A stretch of DNA of 64,000 nt from Eutreptiella sp. 'Long Island Sound 2002' (GCA_964036045.1 OZ038378.1:173910001-173974000); one strand, 5' to 3'; counted from the stretch's first letter, positions 35,220 to 48,618 are shown. Notes: generated from the sequence alone by a model not told the origin. Program-made: numbers and translations.

Positions 35220-36671
35220 GGCAGCAGATGGTGGTGGTGGTGGGGGGGGGGGGGGGGGGGGGGGCGTGTGGCCCGCGGTGGACAACGCCGGGGCTGCCGA
35301 TGCGCCGAACGTGGCGACGGGGTCACTTTTGAAGGCGAGGGAACGCGGCTGCATGCCCCGAATTGTCGCCGCGGCCACAATCCCGCTGCTGCTTCAGCAC
35401 TCCTGCAGGTTGATGCATGGGGGGCAGTGCCGGTGCAGGCCAAGACTGGTCCACCGGGGATCGCACGGCTGTAGCAACAGATCCACACCCCGAATGGGGC
35501 GGGTGGGGTAGAGCGCACGCAACCCTCAGCCCCCCGTTCTGAGGCACCACTGCCTCCTTTATCCGCTGCCGCTGGGTGCTCTCCCATGGCACGCGGCACG
35601 GAGGCCGCAGCAAGCACACATGACACCGACGGATGCCGGGAGCACACCCTCCCCTATTCACCTGACCGTGCATGCACACAAACCCCATGGTCGCCCGCCG
35701 TCACCTGAAGCTGGCACACAGCCCTGGCGATGTCCTCTGACCATTGGTCGCCAGGAGCAACGTCTGGGGCGGATGACCATGATCAGGACATGCTGGACAC
35801 CCTGTCACTTTCCCCAGTGCGCTTAGCCCCCTTGGTTTAGGAAATACACGACAGTCCCTCCCCAGAGATCACAGATGACGTGGAGAACATCTATGCAGTC
35901 CTGCTGGTTCAACAACCACCTGAATGCGTGGCCTCTGAGGGCCAACCAGCCACCGGACCCCACAATCCCTGCGCAAGCTCGCCCCTCTGAGTGTGAACCA
36001 GATATACAGCCTGCCAGTTGGTGGGTAGGTCAGTGCTTGGCGCTGCCAGGCCTAGCCTGAGGATGGAAGCAGGAACCTTTTCCTGCTCACACCACCATGG
36101 TGTACAGAATGGTGCAGGTGGATGCGGGCCACCCGCATCAGGGGGCCATTGTGGGACATGGGCAAACGTCCGTTGAGCAATTGTAACCGTTTCAGCTGGC
36201 AGAGCCTCTTGTCATACAGGCAAGTTTCTGGCTCTCATCACAGCCATTTCTCGGCGAGAGGGGTCTCGATGAGGGACAGGTACCAAGCCCATTACAGCCC
36301 CCCCTCAGCACTCCTGCATTTGTGGCTGGATGGTGGGTCCTGCATGGGCCCTTGCAGTGTCAGCAGCTGCGGCCCTGCACCCTGGACACGCCGTCCGTTC
36401 GGCAGTCCAACGCTGCAGAATAAGTTCAAAGCAGAAAAGCGCCGCATGGAGGACTTAAGGACAGCATCGTTCCCTGACAAACATTCTTCAGCCATTCGTC
36501 ACCATCGTGAATGTAGGAGGGTAGGTGGAGGAGTTCACTTCCTGGGCAATCACTGCTTTGATGAATTCACTCTCTCACTCAACCATTTAGGCAAGCACTC
36601 ACTCACCAATTCGCTCGCTCGCCCGCTCGCTCGCTCACGCGCTCACTGACTGCTCACTGACTGACTCACTC

Positions 36672-38020
36672 ACAAAGTCCCGCAGCAAATGTGTGTGGTG
36701 TGAAAGGAAGAACTTTTTGAGGCTGTGGAATGGTAAAATTCGATGCGTACCCTACGTTTGTGGTGCGTACCAACCCCCCCCCCCCCTTCCCCCCACCTTT
36801 TCAACATTCCTGCACACCACAAAGACTTCATCAGATAGGTGCTATGGCTCCGCCTCCCTGTGGGGGAGCGGCAAAAAGATTGGAAACCGGATGACGTGTG
36901 GTGCCCAATTGACGGTGAGCTAGAGACAATCGACCACGCACGCACGGAGTGCTCCTTGCTCAAAGTCGCTTTTGACACTATTGCCAAATGCTTCCCCACG
37001 GCCACTGTAGAGGAACGTCCAACCGCCCTGCTTTCCTCCTTCCTACAGTTTTCCTTTCAGTGCCCGACAGGCTTCCTGGCCTGGGCGGCGGTATACGCCA
37101 ATTGGCAGGTCCGCCAAAAGAAAAAATACCAACGACAATATTCAGCTACCTGGTCCCGCTTTGTTTCTATTTGGATTGCCACCTTGAAACTATGGGCTAC
37201 ATGTCCATCGAGCATCCCTATTTCTGATCATGACCTGCATCTTTTCATCGGAGCGCTACAGTCGCTACTCCATGATGGAGTGCTACAACACCCCCATGTG
37301 CGTGTCACACCTCCCACTCCCCCGCCCAGCAAAAAACAACGCAAAGAAACAGCGCGCCGACTGCGCAAACAGCAACGGGCGGCGGAGCTGGAAGGAATTT
37401 TTGACACCCTCTCCGCGGACGGATACACCCTGGTTTTCACGGATGGCTCATCCGCCGAAACGGAAGGTGTGGGCCGGGTAGCAGGATATGGCATCTACGC
37501 GCACCCTGACATCAGCATCTCTGCATATGTCCCGGTACACTTCCGGCAGACAAACAACACGGCAGAACTCCTGGCCGTGGTTCGGGCATTGCAAATCCTC
37601 TCTTTTGGTAAAGTCGCTATTTGCACAGACAGTGAGTACGTCTTCCTGGGAGCCACTGGCGCGGCGCGCCGGTGGAAACTCAGGGGATGGACGGGAAGCA
37701 GCGGTCCGGTTTCTAACGTTCCTCTCTGGGAACTTCTTCTGGACACCCTCAGTGCACACACAGGCTCCATCAAGTTTATTAAAGTGCCGTCCCATGTGGA
37801 CATTCTAGGGAACAACGAAGCTGATAGATTGGCTGAACAGGGAAGGCTCTCCCATCCCAGATGCCCTGTACTTAAGACCCCGTCGCGGGACTTCATCATG
37901 CCCACGTACACCCCTCCCACCAAGCGACAGCGCAGGACCACTGTCGCCGAGCTGAATTCGATTGTGCAAGTTTTGAATTTTTCCCCTTACAAAGACAGTA
38001 TGGGAGGCAGTGTGGTATAG
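36672..38020 (+). mobile_element. 5'-truncated non-LTR retrotransposon fragment: zf-RVT-like motif followed by RNase HI domain
   Basis: KDFIR*VLWLRLPVGER...CPIDGELETIDHARTEC, then VFTDGS, TNNTAELLAV, ICTDSEYV, W..RGW..SSGPVSN..LW and KVPSHVDILGNNEADRLA (intact D-E-D-D plus His). It starts right after a (CTCA/CTCG)n repeat. Confidence 0.8.
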
Positions 38021-38078
38021 TGGTTAACATCGTCGGATGTAGTCACGTAGATCGCCGGTTCGAACCCGGCCTGTAGCA
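38006..38078 (+). ncRNA. tRNA-derived head (SINE-like or tRNA pseudogene, Tyr-like position GTA)
   Basis: 73 nt with canonical spacing, A box TGGTATAGTGG and a perfect T arm GCCGG-TTCGAAC-CCGGC. The acceptor and anticodon stems do not pair. Confidence 0.6.
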
Positions 38079-38309
38079 GTGCTCCCCCCCACCGGCCTCG
38101 CCCAACAGGGGACTGGGGCCCCTCCCGTTTCTATCTATTTTTTCACATTGGCCTGGTCTATTTTCTTAATGCGCTGTTTTAGTTACATACACCATCATCA
38201 ACTAGCAAAAATGTGCCCGGCCACCTGCAGCAGTGCGCCCCGCCACCGCCCACGCCCGATGGGAGGCTGCCACCCCACCCGTTGCTTGCCCTTGCCCGAG
38301 CCTCCGCGG

Positions 38310-38381
38310 CTCGGGCGGCGGGGTTCGAACCTGGGACCAGCGCCGCTGGAATCCAGGGTGCTTCCACTGAAGCACGGGGCA
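38310..38381 (-). ncRNA. Second tRNA-derived head, opposite strand
   Basis: The reverse strand reads GTGCT-TCAGTGGA-AGCAC (D-arm-like), CTGGATTCCAG and B box GGTTCGAACCC. The stems are degenerate. Confidence 0.5.
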
Positions 38382-39039
38382 CCTCACCAGAAATATGATC
38401 CCATAAGCACACAGCCACATGGCACACATGCATCTGCAACGCATTCTGATTTCTGAGCCTTAATGTATGTTACTCCCTTCACTCTTTGAAACTAAACAGC
38501 GACAGACGGGGTAAGGCCGAATGAGTGCCATGCTTTGCAGCCCAGTCAGCTCGCATGTGACACAGTGAATGCAGTCCACATTTATGGACGACTGCTTATA
38601 TTGATCCAGGTTGTTCGCTAGAGTCGGCAGCAAAGGACAAGCACACCAGTGACCCACGGAGCTAACCGCAACGCCTCGCTGTATTTTACATAGTGGAGCA
38701 CCCCAACCAAGAAGGGGACACGTGCATTGATTGGATTTCACAGTACTGCTGGACTAATGGCTGGGATTGTCTATGGCGGGGACATTCAGTCTATCAGAAC
38801 CGACCATTGATCCCCCCCCCCCCCCCAAAACCCCCCAGTTCTAACCAATTTTTGCCAAAAACCCCCCAGTAAGGTTTGGATTTTCCTTTTGGTGAGATTT
38901 GGGGGTGTTTTCTGGTCGGGCTTGGGTTTCTTTGTGGTAAGATTTGAGGTTCTGTTTGGTGAGATTTGGGGTTTTTTTTTGGTAAAACCGTCTCAAGCTC
39001 TGCATTTTGGCTACGGACCCGAAGCCCACAAAATTTTTG

Positions 39040-41260
39040 TGGCCCCTTGAGTTGCGGATAGGGACTCATGAGTCCACAAAGTTGTGTCCCCTCGAGTTGG
39101 GATGATGGCTTCCCAGGCTTCAGTGTGTCCCCTTGAGTTGGGGTGATGCACTGCCATGCTTTGGTGTGGCCTCTCGAGTTGGGGCGATGGACTCCCACGC
39201 TGTGGTGTGGCCCCTCTAGATGGGGTGATGGAGGGTTCTGTATTTTTTTTTAGATGCGGATTATTTTTTTTAGAGGAAATATTTTTCCTTAGCTAAAAAA
39301 AATATTCCGCACTAAAAAAAAATATTCCGTGCGAAAAAAAAATACTCCGCGCTAAAAAAAAATACTCAGACATTTTTTTTCTGCACGCAGTATTTTTTTT
39401 TAGCGCAAATGCCGCAAATTTTAGAAGTGGTAAAAAAAAGTGTTATGGGTGATTCCCTCGGCACCTGTGGGGGACGTGGTGTGTGCGGGGACCCCATGAC
39501 AGCACGGGTGATGAAGCAAGTTTGATTTTGACCCCCCCCCCCCCCTCAGCTTGGACCACCAACCCCCCGCCCACCCCTCTAGACCCCCTCTGGAGCGCCA
39601 GATTAGCAAGACGAGGCGCTATACAAATGTTGTTTGTTGCCCAGACATGTTCAATGCAATCGTCAGCCCGCGGACAAGGGGCCCCTGGCGCGAACAGGGG
39701 TCTTCCTTCGCTGGGGGACGTATGCAGAGAGTTCATCGCAGAGGATCACAGGTACTATCTGAATTTTGTAAAGTAGGGTACTCAGCCACCTTGGCCAGAG
39801 CCCATGTGCACAGATTCATCTGCTCAGAGAACAGGGGTCTTCCTTCACTGGGGGACCTATGCAGAGAGGTCATTTGAATGGATCATACATAATGTCTGAA
39901 TTTTGTGAAGCAGGGTACTCAGCCACCTTGGCCAGAGCCCAGGGGCACAATTTCAAGGGTGGGGATAAGGTGCTCGCAGTGGAGGGCTCTGAGTGCACGA
40001 TCAAGTGGCAGACAGAAAAGAAAGCCAGTTCCCATTCTATTACAGATGTGTTTCTTACTGCTCTTCATAGCATTCCGAGTTCGGATAGTGCATCAGAGGC
40101 CCCTTTGTATCTGGAGTCTGAGCACGAAGCCACTGACCCAAAAACGTCCCTACGCTCAGCTGCCCAGCACAATACCCAGACACAGGGTGATCCAGCCAAG
40201 CTTTTTCTGCTCGTTTCTTCTGAAGTACCACGTGCCACTCACGTGGCTGTGCTGCAGTGTCTGACAGCCATAGTTATCAAATCCTTACAACCCTGCATCC
40301 CAGCACAAAATTTTGTGCATTTTCTGCGGCTTTCGCAGTCTGCCCAGGAAGTCCCAAGTTCCAGATTCCTTGCTCAGACTCTGAGAGGTGGTATTCAAGC
40401 CTTACTCAGTCGGTGCACAAGTTTGCCCATAATTGCATGCTCAAGTGTTGCTCTTTCCAAATGTCTTCAGATGATGGGTCAACATAGGCCGACCAGGGTG
40501 CACACAGGGAGGGATGCTGGTTCTGTATTTGTTTGGGTCATGTCCAAGAATCCATGGCACTCCAGCCCTTGTCCACAACGAAGGCGTCTTGTGCATCAGT
40601 TACACAGTGACAGGTTCCCATGCCATCAAGTGGGTTGCATTATCCATCATCCTCACGTAACCTAAAGTGTACTGCAACAGCACGTTCGGAAAGTGCATCT
40701 GGCATCAGGCAATCTTGTTGGCAGTGGTGTCATACTGGGCGTCATGTTGTTCCTAGATGCAACGCAGTGTGAATCAGTGGTTTCTATTGCATGTTGCCTG
40801 TAAGGGCAGGGCAGGGACGTGGGGGTAGCGTTACCCGTTATTTTATTTTTTTTAGATGCGGAATATTTTTTTTTAGAGGTTGTATTTTTTCTTAGATCTC
40901 AAAGTCTCTTCCTGAAACGTTGTTGTATTTTTTTTTAGATTTGCAGCGGATTATTTTTTAGAGAGCCATCTAAAATTTTGATCACTTTCCACCTTCTTTT
41001 TAGATGTTTTGTATTAAATTTTAGATGTTTTGTATTTTTTTTTTAGAGGTTCTATTATTTTTTAGCGCATCTAAAAAAAATATTTTCGCATCTAAAAAAA
41101 ATATTATCTCGTGATGGAGCCACATTGAAACGTGGGAGTCTGCCACCCCATTTCGGGGGGCCACAGTGAAGTGTGGGGTCCATAGCTGCAACTAAGAGGG
41201 CCACGCCGAAGCGTGCGAGTCCATCACCCCCACTCAAGGGGCCACACCAAACAAGCTTTT
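39040..41260. mobile_element. Foldback-like element with long, internally repetitive inverted ends
   Basis: The left end has 41-bp-type units GTGTGGCCCCTCGAGTTGGGGTGATGGACTC followed by T8AGATGCG/CGCA-CTA8 blocks. The right end (40830-41260) has the same blocks in mirror order and orientation. Confidence 0.55.
40290..40625 (+). repeat. Dispersed repeat with an inverted copy at about 46490-46830
   Basis: Long colinear matches such as GGGAGGGATGCTGGTTCTGTATTTGTTTGGGTCATGTCCAA on opposite strands. Confidence 0.85.
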
Positions 41261-44200
41261 CGAAAATTTAACTGAGTTCTGCGTATAAATAGTGATGCAA
41301 AAGGCAATGTCATTTTTTGTTGTCATTTGCGAGTGGCGGTTACAAGCAAATGAGCTTCACTTGTTGAAAAATGGTCCACGGAGGTCCAAAAAGGTCCGGA
41401 AAAAAAAACAGTGAAAAATAATGGAGAATTCAACCATAATTTCAAAACAACCCAATTTTTTGTTAAAACAAAAACCTCAAAAGGCTCTCCCTCGGAGTAA
41501 AAGCATAGAATAAAGAAAGGGTGGACAAAATTCAAGGCAGCAGTGTGCGGAGAAGATCAATGGTGTGAATTAGGTGGTGAAAACTACCACCGTAGAAAGT
41601 GAAAGGTTTTTTTTGCACACGGCATTGGCCGTCACCTTTGACTGCATTCTCAATGTTCCAGTGTGACATCATCATGATACATCAGCATTGCTTGCTCACA
41701 TTGTGTATGTACATCAGCTGCATGGGGGAGGTTCTGCTGGTGGTCTGAGCTGAAAATAATTTCCAAACTTCAGGGGAGTAGAAGGGTTGAGGTGTATCGG
41801 AGATGATGAGACGAAAAGAGGAATGAGTCTTTGACCTGTTTTGTGTTTGCTTGCCTTTTTTTGGTGCCTTCATGGCTGATTTTTTCTTTTGTGACTATTG
41901 TGGGAAGTGGCTCTGGTTCGTGATATTTTGGTGCCGTTTTTTTTAGTACCGATGATGATGTGCCCATGGGTGAACCTGTCATGTTCCATAGATTGCCACT
42001 GAGTGTGGGAGGGAGACAGAATAGCAGTGGGTTGTAGAAAGTAAAAGGTTGGGTTTACGGCCGCCAACACCGTAGGGCCAGTCCCACCTTTCATATTTGG
42101 TTCACACTTGAAACCTAGGATAGGAAGCAACAAATAACCAGAGAATAAGAAAATAAAATGTAAGAGAAAAAAAATTCAGCTATTTGATTCAAAAAGTTAT
42201 TTGTTATGGGCAAAAGGTATTTCTTTGTTGGGTAGACATCAACAAAAATAGCAAAAAAAAGCAAAATTGGCTCGCACTGCTTTCATCAGCATAGGGAGTA
42301 GCAAAGAAACGTTTGGTATCAACAACTTTTTCGCCGCCGCAACAAAGGTCACATCCCGTTTGAGCAAAGCTAGATGTGCCTTTGTTGTCAACATATAAAG
42401 CCCTTCTCATCCTCCTCTCTCCTTAATGGCAAGAAAATAATAATTTCAAAAACCACATCATTTACCTGAATGATGTTCTCTACGATTTCGTTTAGCATTT
42501 TCAAATGCAGCGCCCAAACCAAAGTCCCCTATTCTTACTATTTGAACCTTCTCCATTGAGGTGATACACAACTTACTGAAGGGTAGAACAAGCTTTAGGC
42601 CTTTTGGGTGAAACGTTGTGGTGTGCATTTTCAGCTTTACATGTGCTTTGGCTATTTCGCGATAACGCGGCAAGCGACTTTGGCTATTTTCGAAAATGGC
42701 GACTCTTCAAATCCTTGCATTGATGATTTCCTTGAAATCGAAAACTTACACTTCATTTTTGTATATTGATAAGATTGCAATCTACCTTTAGAGGCTGTGA
42801 AATGCTATCACCATGTTATATATAACGCTGTTGTCTACACGGACATTTTGTTTTGCGAAACATAGTAACAAAAACATCTTGTTGGCTAAACATGAACTTA
42901 GTTTTTTAAAGGCACGGAGATACTGCTACTGACATCGAGCCCTGGGACAACTCCTTTAATGAGGATGGCGGGGGGGGGAGGGGGAGGAAGGATGTGGGTG
43001 ACGGAACTATGCAACAGCTGGAGGTTGCGTTGGAAGAGCACTTCGACGGACTCATGGAGGGGGGACAAGGCATTAAATGATGCCTTACATACCATTGTAA
43101 GGACATGCCTTTATTGCGCCACTTTTGTGTATACTTTCTAACCTGTTGGGTTTGGCCGCGGCACGTTTTTCTCGCCATACTAGACCGTGTTTCAGAAAAA
43201 GACATCACCAATCGTTTTTTGCTGTGCGTTGTGGCAGGTCCGTTTCGGTTAAGGTTCGGAATCGGTTTCATGCAAAAATAACTGATTGTTTTCAATGATT
43301 TTTATAAAAATAACCAATTATTCCGATTATATGACAGAAAAATAATCGGTTATTTTCGATTGTTGTCTCTACAAAATGCAATTATTGCCCAAAAGCCGTG
43401 AACTGTTACCTAAGGGATAGTGAACAGGAAAATAGAGGTGAAAGACATGCCAAACCTTTGACTTTTATCCCAAATTGCCTGTGATTTTGCAAAATCCTCT
43501 GGTTTTTGATAAGAAACATTTCATGGTGTATCAACAAAATATTTCTTTTTCATACATAACCTGTCCAATTAATTGGTTTATACCACTTTTCGAAATAATC
43601 AGTTTTACCGATTATTTGTCACATTAGACCCAATTAATCCAATTAATCCGATTATCCGATTAATTGGTAAAACCGATTCCGAACCTTAGTTTCGGTGTGT
43701 ATCATGAGCTCTTTCCTGTAATCGGATTGTGTGTTACCCGTCCTTTTTGTTGAAAGCTGAAAAGTCACGCTCTGCTTGCTTTTGTCTCCCAAAAACAATT
43801 TCTGCGTTTTGATGATCCTGAAATAGGAAATATGTATGCAAAATGGGCAGTACGCCCATTTCGGGGTGCTCTGGTGACTAGAGCAACAAGTTGAACAAAG
43901 ATGAAAGGCAGAAACATTTTTTGACCTTTTACAGCAACCCACCTTTTTAGCTGAACGATAGATGGGAAAGAAAAAAGTTCTTGAAAAGCCATATTTTCAT
44001 AAAGATGCAAGGTTTGCACGTGGATTCGGGATGGTAGGCAAAAATCCGGTTTTGCGGCTCCAAGCTGGAGGGCCACCGGAAAGTTAGAACATTGCTTACA
44101 ACTACGTCTGCTCCCATTCTGCAATGGACCCATATTAGTTGTTAAATTTGAACCTTGGCATTGCACTTACCATGCAACTTGAGCCGCCTAAGACTTACAA

Positions 44201-46678
44201 AGCTTGCTCCATATAGCCCTTCTCATTTCTACTGATATCCCTGAAGAAGCAAAACTTTGGAAATAAGTTTTGCTAAAGTGCGGACTCACTTTTCCATGAC
44301 ACCTTAGCATTGGAGACAAAGAATATTGCACAAAATTCCAGCTTGTAGAAGATTGCACGAAAATCTAGCCTGTGGAAGTTCCGCTTTGCTTCAGAACTTC
44401 CGAGTCTACAATAGCAATAGACGTGTTGTTGATGATATAGTATGACTTTACAAAAATTGGACATGTTTCGTGTTACTATATTGATGCACAATTTTGCTTT
44501 GCTCAATGTTGCCACCAACAAAGGCAATAATGTCAATTTTGGAATCTAGATGAAAACATTATAAAACTTTGATCTCTTTATCGTACGATGATTAAATTTT
44601 AGCCTCAAACTGCTGTTCCTTCTTGCAACAAATGGTCCTTTGGCTTTGTTTTAAATTTGTTCTGAATCAGCTGTAGAATAATTTGAAAACATTGTATTAA
44701 CAAAAACTCCTTGGTTTTTGATGTTGAAACCTCCGGTACCTCTACCGCTCTTGTTGCATAGATGTCCATGAATTTTTCTGCCGATTGTTCAAATCTTAGC
44801 GGTTACAGAGCTCATTTAGCGCCCGAGAGCTGCATGTAAAACCAAAAATGAAAAAGAGAAGCTTTGAAGCACAAAAGAGCGCAAGAAGTTGGTGCACTTT
44901 CCAGCCAATTCTGTGCGCACATGTGGTCTTGAGACATGCCAACCGTGCAATGAAGACATTTGGTTTCTCATGTATTTTTCATTTGAAAGATCAATATTTG
45001 CAAGCGCCTAGAGGTGTCGAAATTGGTATCATAGCTAGCAATACCATTTGCACATGACCGGCTGTCGGTAACAACATTAGTAAAATCCATGTAGGACCCT
45101 GTAAACAACCAACCCCTACAATGTACTAAAAAGAAACCCAAATGTATTCAAAAGCACCTGAAATTTACAAAAAAGAACCCTCCGCAATGTACTAAAAACC
45201 CTGGCCAAAACCCTCCGTTTTAGCCTAACCCTGCCCCCCCCCCCCCCGGGTTAGTAGAAGAGGGGATGTTTTTTTTTGTACAAAAACGGGTGATTTTTCA
45301 GCACGAACTAGGTCTGCTTGGTGTGGAGGGGGTGTTGGTGAGGTGAGGCTGAAGGTGCTGTGTGTTTCGTTGCGGTGCTGGCTGGTGGCCGGCATATGCT
45401 TGTCTTGTGCTGTCTGGGAAGGTTAGGCGGGTATCGCAGCTGTGTGCATGTGTGTGTGTGTATGAATCAAACAGTGCAAGACAGCCATGCTATATGCAGG
45501 CGAATGAGGGGCGAATGAAATTGTGAGAAATAGAAAACAAATTCATGCCCGTGTCCAAAAGGTGAGTGGTAGGGCCTTGTACCTCCTTCCATCGCTCTCT
45601 CTTTTTTAATTATTTAACGGGGGCCTGGGGGTGCTGGGAGGGGGGGGGGTGCCGGGGGCTCGAGACATGGGAAAAGGGGCTTTTTCTATTTGGCAGACCT
45701 AAACGTTGTAGAAAGCGGTGAAACTGGGTGTTTTTTCAAGTACAAAGCGCGGGGTTTTTTGGTACATCTCGGGTTTTTTTTGCATTCACCACCCAGCAGA
45801 CCATCCCCCACCAAGCACAAACACGGCAACTAGCCCAACAGCAAAAGCACCATCAATTATGTCCGTGTGCAGGCAAGTGTGTATACCATGACCCTTCAGG
45901 CTTTGCCCTGATCACCAATTTGCCACAGCTGCTGTCACTTTGTCTGTTCCATTCTGCACTCCCAGGCTGCGCCTTGATGTCAGCAAGTCTTGTTCTTTCA
46001 AGCAGACACAGTTGCTGCCCTGCTTTTACCCACACCCCTGTTGTATGGGGAAATTTTTTTTTAGATGTGAAATCATTTTTTTAGATGCGCTAAAATTCAA
46101 AGAAACAGGTAAAAATTAAGTCAAATCAGCTAACAAATGAGCAAAAACAGCTAAAAAATGAGCAAAAACCATCTAAAAAAATTTCTCATCTAAAACAAAG
46201 ATTCTCTCCTGAAAAATAAGATTCCAACAAAACCAACAATCTAAAAGCAGTCATTCGCGTGTTTAAAAATGTCAAAAAATCAGAATATTGTTTTTTGATG
46301 GCCATCTAAAAAGTGAGATTTTGGTGAAACTAAAAGAACGCAAAGCCGGGGGTGGGGAGGGGAGGCAGAAATGCAGTTCCTAGGGGCACCCCACCAGATG
46401 AATCATCCACATTCCTTAGCAAACGCTGAAAAACAAGGCACAAAGCAAAGAATAGCAAAGAATGCCAACAAGACCGCCGGATGCCATAGTGCAGATGGCT
46501 GAGCACTTTCAGATGGCGTCGGAACCTGCCACTGTGCAAATGATGCACAAGACGCCTTCCTTGTGGACAAGGACTGAAGTGCCATGGATTTTTGGACATG
46601 ACCCAAACAAATACAGAACCAGCATCCCTCCCTGTGCACACCCTGGTCCGCCTATGTTGACCACCATCTGAAGACATT

Positions 46679-46729
46679 CCCCCTAGCACCCCAGGGGTAA
46701 CGCGGGGATGCACAGTGCAAAAAAAAAAT
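46679..46729 (+). mobile_element. 51-bp poly(A)-tailed retro-insertion with a 13-bp target-site duplication
   Basis: ATCTGAAGACATT at 46666-46678 and 46730-46742 flanks CCCCCTAGC...CAGTGC-A10-T. The homologous copy at about 40460 lacks the insert. Confidence 0.85.
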
Positions 46730-48618
46730 ATCTGAAGACATTTGGAAAGAGCAAAACTTGAGCATGAAATTATGGGCAAAATTGTGCACCCACTGAGTAG
46801 TGCTTGAAAACAACCTGCACCGAATAATGCCTCTGAACAAAGTCCGAGATAATTTCGAATTTCGGGAAAAGCAGTGTGATTTGCTGGTGACCACGCGTCT
46901 ATTGTCTGTTGCACAATTCATTAAGGTGTACCCAATTAGGCAAAGCCCAACCTTCAGCATAGGGACGTGCTCCATGTTTTTGGATCGGATGGAGAACTGT
47001 GTGCAGGGTATGGTACTCCTTGCTTTGATGTTTCTGAACTGTGCTCTTGCAGACGATGTCGAATTGCCTGTCGCTCTCCTGATACCGAAGGCGAATTTTA
47101 TGGACTACCACTATTATCTACTGGGCTCGTTCGGTAGGTTGTGTTGTTACATAACCATCAATCCGATCTTCCGGATGCTCCTACGAAGCATCCCCACAAT
47201 TAAGAGAATTGTGCACAGCACGTGTCACCAGGCGTTCAACGAACTCGTGCAGGAGTGGTGACATGTCGACAACAATGTGCCCAATGAGGGGGTGGCGGTG
47301 TCACGCAGAGTATTGCCATGGGGAGAAAAAACTGTCACAGGCATGTCCCAGCCCCTCTTTCCCTCTGCAATCGGCACACAACTGCGTCGCGGGACACTCT
47401 TGACCGCATCAACCGTGTCACAAAACCAGCGGTATGACAGGTTCGCCGTGCTTAGATACGCAAAGCTTGTCTACGCTCTGGCACTGGTCGGACTGTCGTT
47501 TTCTGACTTCGGGTGTGTGTGCAAAGGGGGAGGGGGGCAGAGCTGGGTTGGGTCTCCCGAGGGGCTTTATGAACGTCGGTGCGGCCGGTAGAACAATTCC
47601 AGCGGTTCCAGCCAGTACACTAGGAGGGAGCGTTGGCGTCCCGGGAGCGCGTCGGGCATCTTTTTAAGCCAAACCCGCCTGGCAGTGCCTGCGCAAGGGC
47701 CATGATCTCGTTGCAACGCAGGGGCCGCAGGCAGGGCACAAAGCGCTCCACGGGATGCACATCTTGGGACGCATGTGCAGCAGTGTTCGGCAGTCCAATA
47801 AGGGCGCATCCCTTACACCGTCGCCTTCGCATTCAAAGGTCTGTACACGTGCCCTTGCTGATCCCTCTTTTGGCCGTTTTTTGTCGACTCCAACGGAGCC
47901 TACATGTTACACCATAGGCACAGCGCAGCAGGGAGGGGGAAACGTGGGTTCAGCACGTCGAAGCGGGTGGGGGCCAGAGCTTGGTTGTCTGGCGGACCTT
48001 TGTGCGCACCGTGCGAAGATGCAAGCAGTGAGAGCAAAGCAAAGAAAGGCAAGCAAGCAGCAGAATGGGGCCAGACACATGCAGAAGGGAGGGGCAAGGA
48101 AGGAAGGAAAGCATATTAAGGAGCGTAGCTTGGGGGCGCTTGGTCCCGCCTGTGCTACCCTGATGGGTTGCGATGCTGGGCACCTCCTGTGTCGGCAGAG
48201 CCAGAGGCTCCACCACAGCACCCATTTGGGGGCGTTTTCGCACAGCGCGTGCACAGCGCGGGCACAGCGCCAATTATTACGTTGTTTATCCTGGGAACAC
48301 CCCTGAAAAACACCCACCTACATGATCATGATCATCAATTCAAAACAGCATGGGGTGCGGAATTCAGGACCCTGGGACCCGTGGCAAGCATCAGACTGAA
48401 AAATAAAAATCCCTGGTGTACCAGCAGGGGCTGTAGGGTGCAGAATTCAGGACCCTGGGACCCGTGGCTACCGTTGGTGGAAAACAGGCGACTTTTCGTG
48501 ACAAGCAAGGGCATTTGTGTGGCAGTTGCACTGGGGTGCATAGTTTGTGATGACCCCTGCTACAGCAGTGATGCACCACCCTCTGCTTGATAGTGCAGCG
48601 AGGGCAGGGTGGTAGCTG

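Noticed and set aside
32880-35647. Long overlapping and antisense ORFs over the HECT gene
   Set aside because: These are shadow ORFs caused by high GC3, with no independent motifs.
35984-35996. Second SL-like core CTCTGAGTGTG
   Set aside because: Only the core matches. There is no T-rich 3' half and no ORF follows.
38006-38381. Functional tRNA genes
   Set aside because: The acceptor and anticodon stems do not pair, so they are kept only as tRNA-derived heads.
42204-43942. piggyBac transposase on the - strand (LYVDNKGTS, VRNRFYQL)
   Set aside because: The resemblances are short and isolated, with no ordered DDD blocks, and the + strand looks at least as coding-like.
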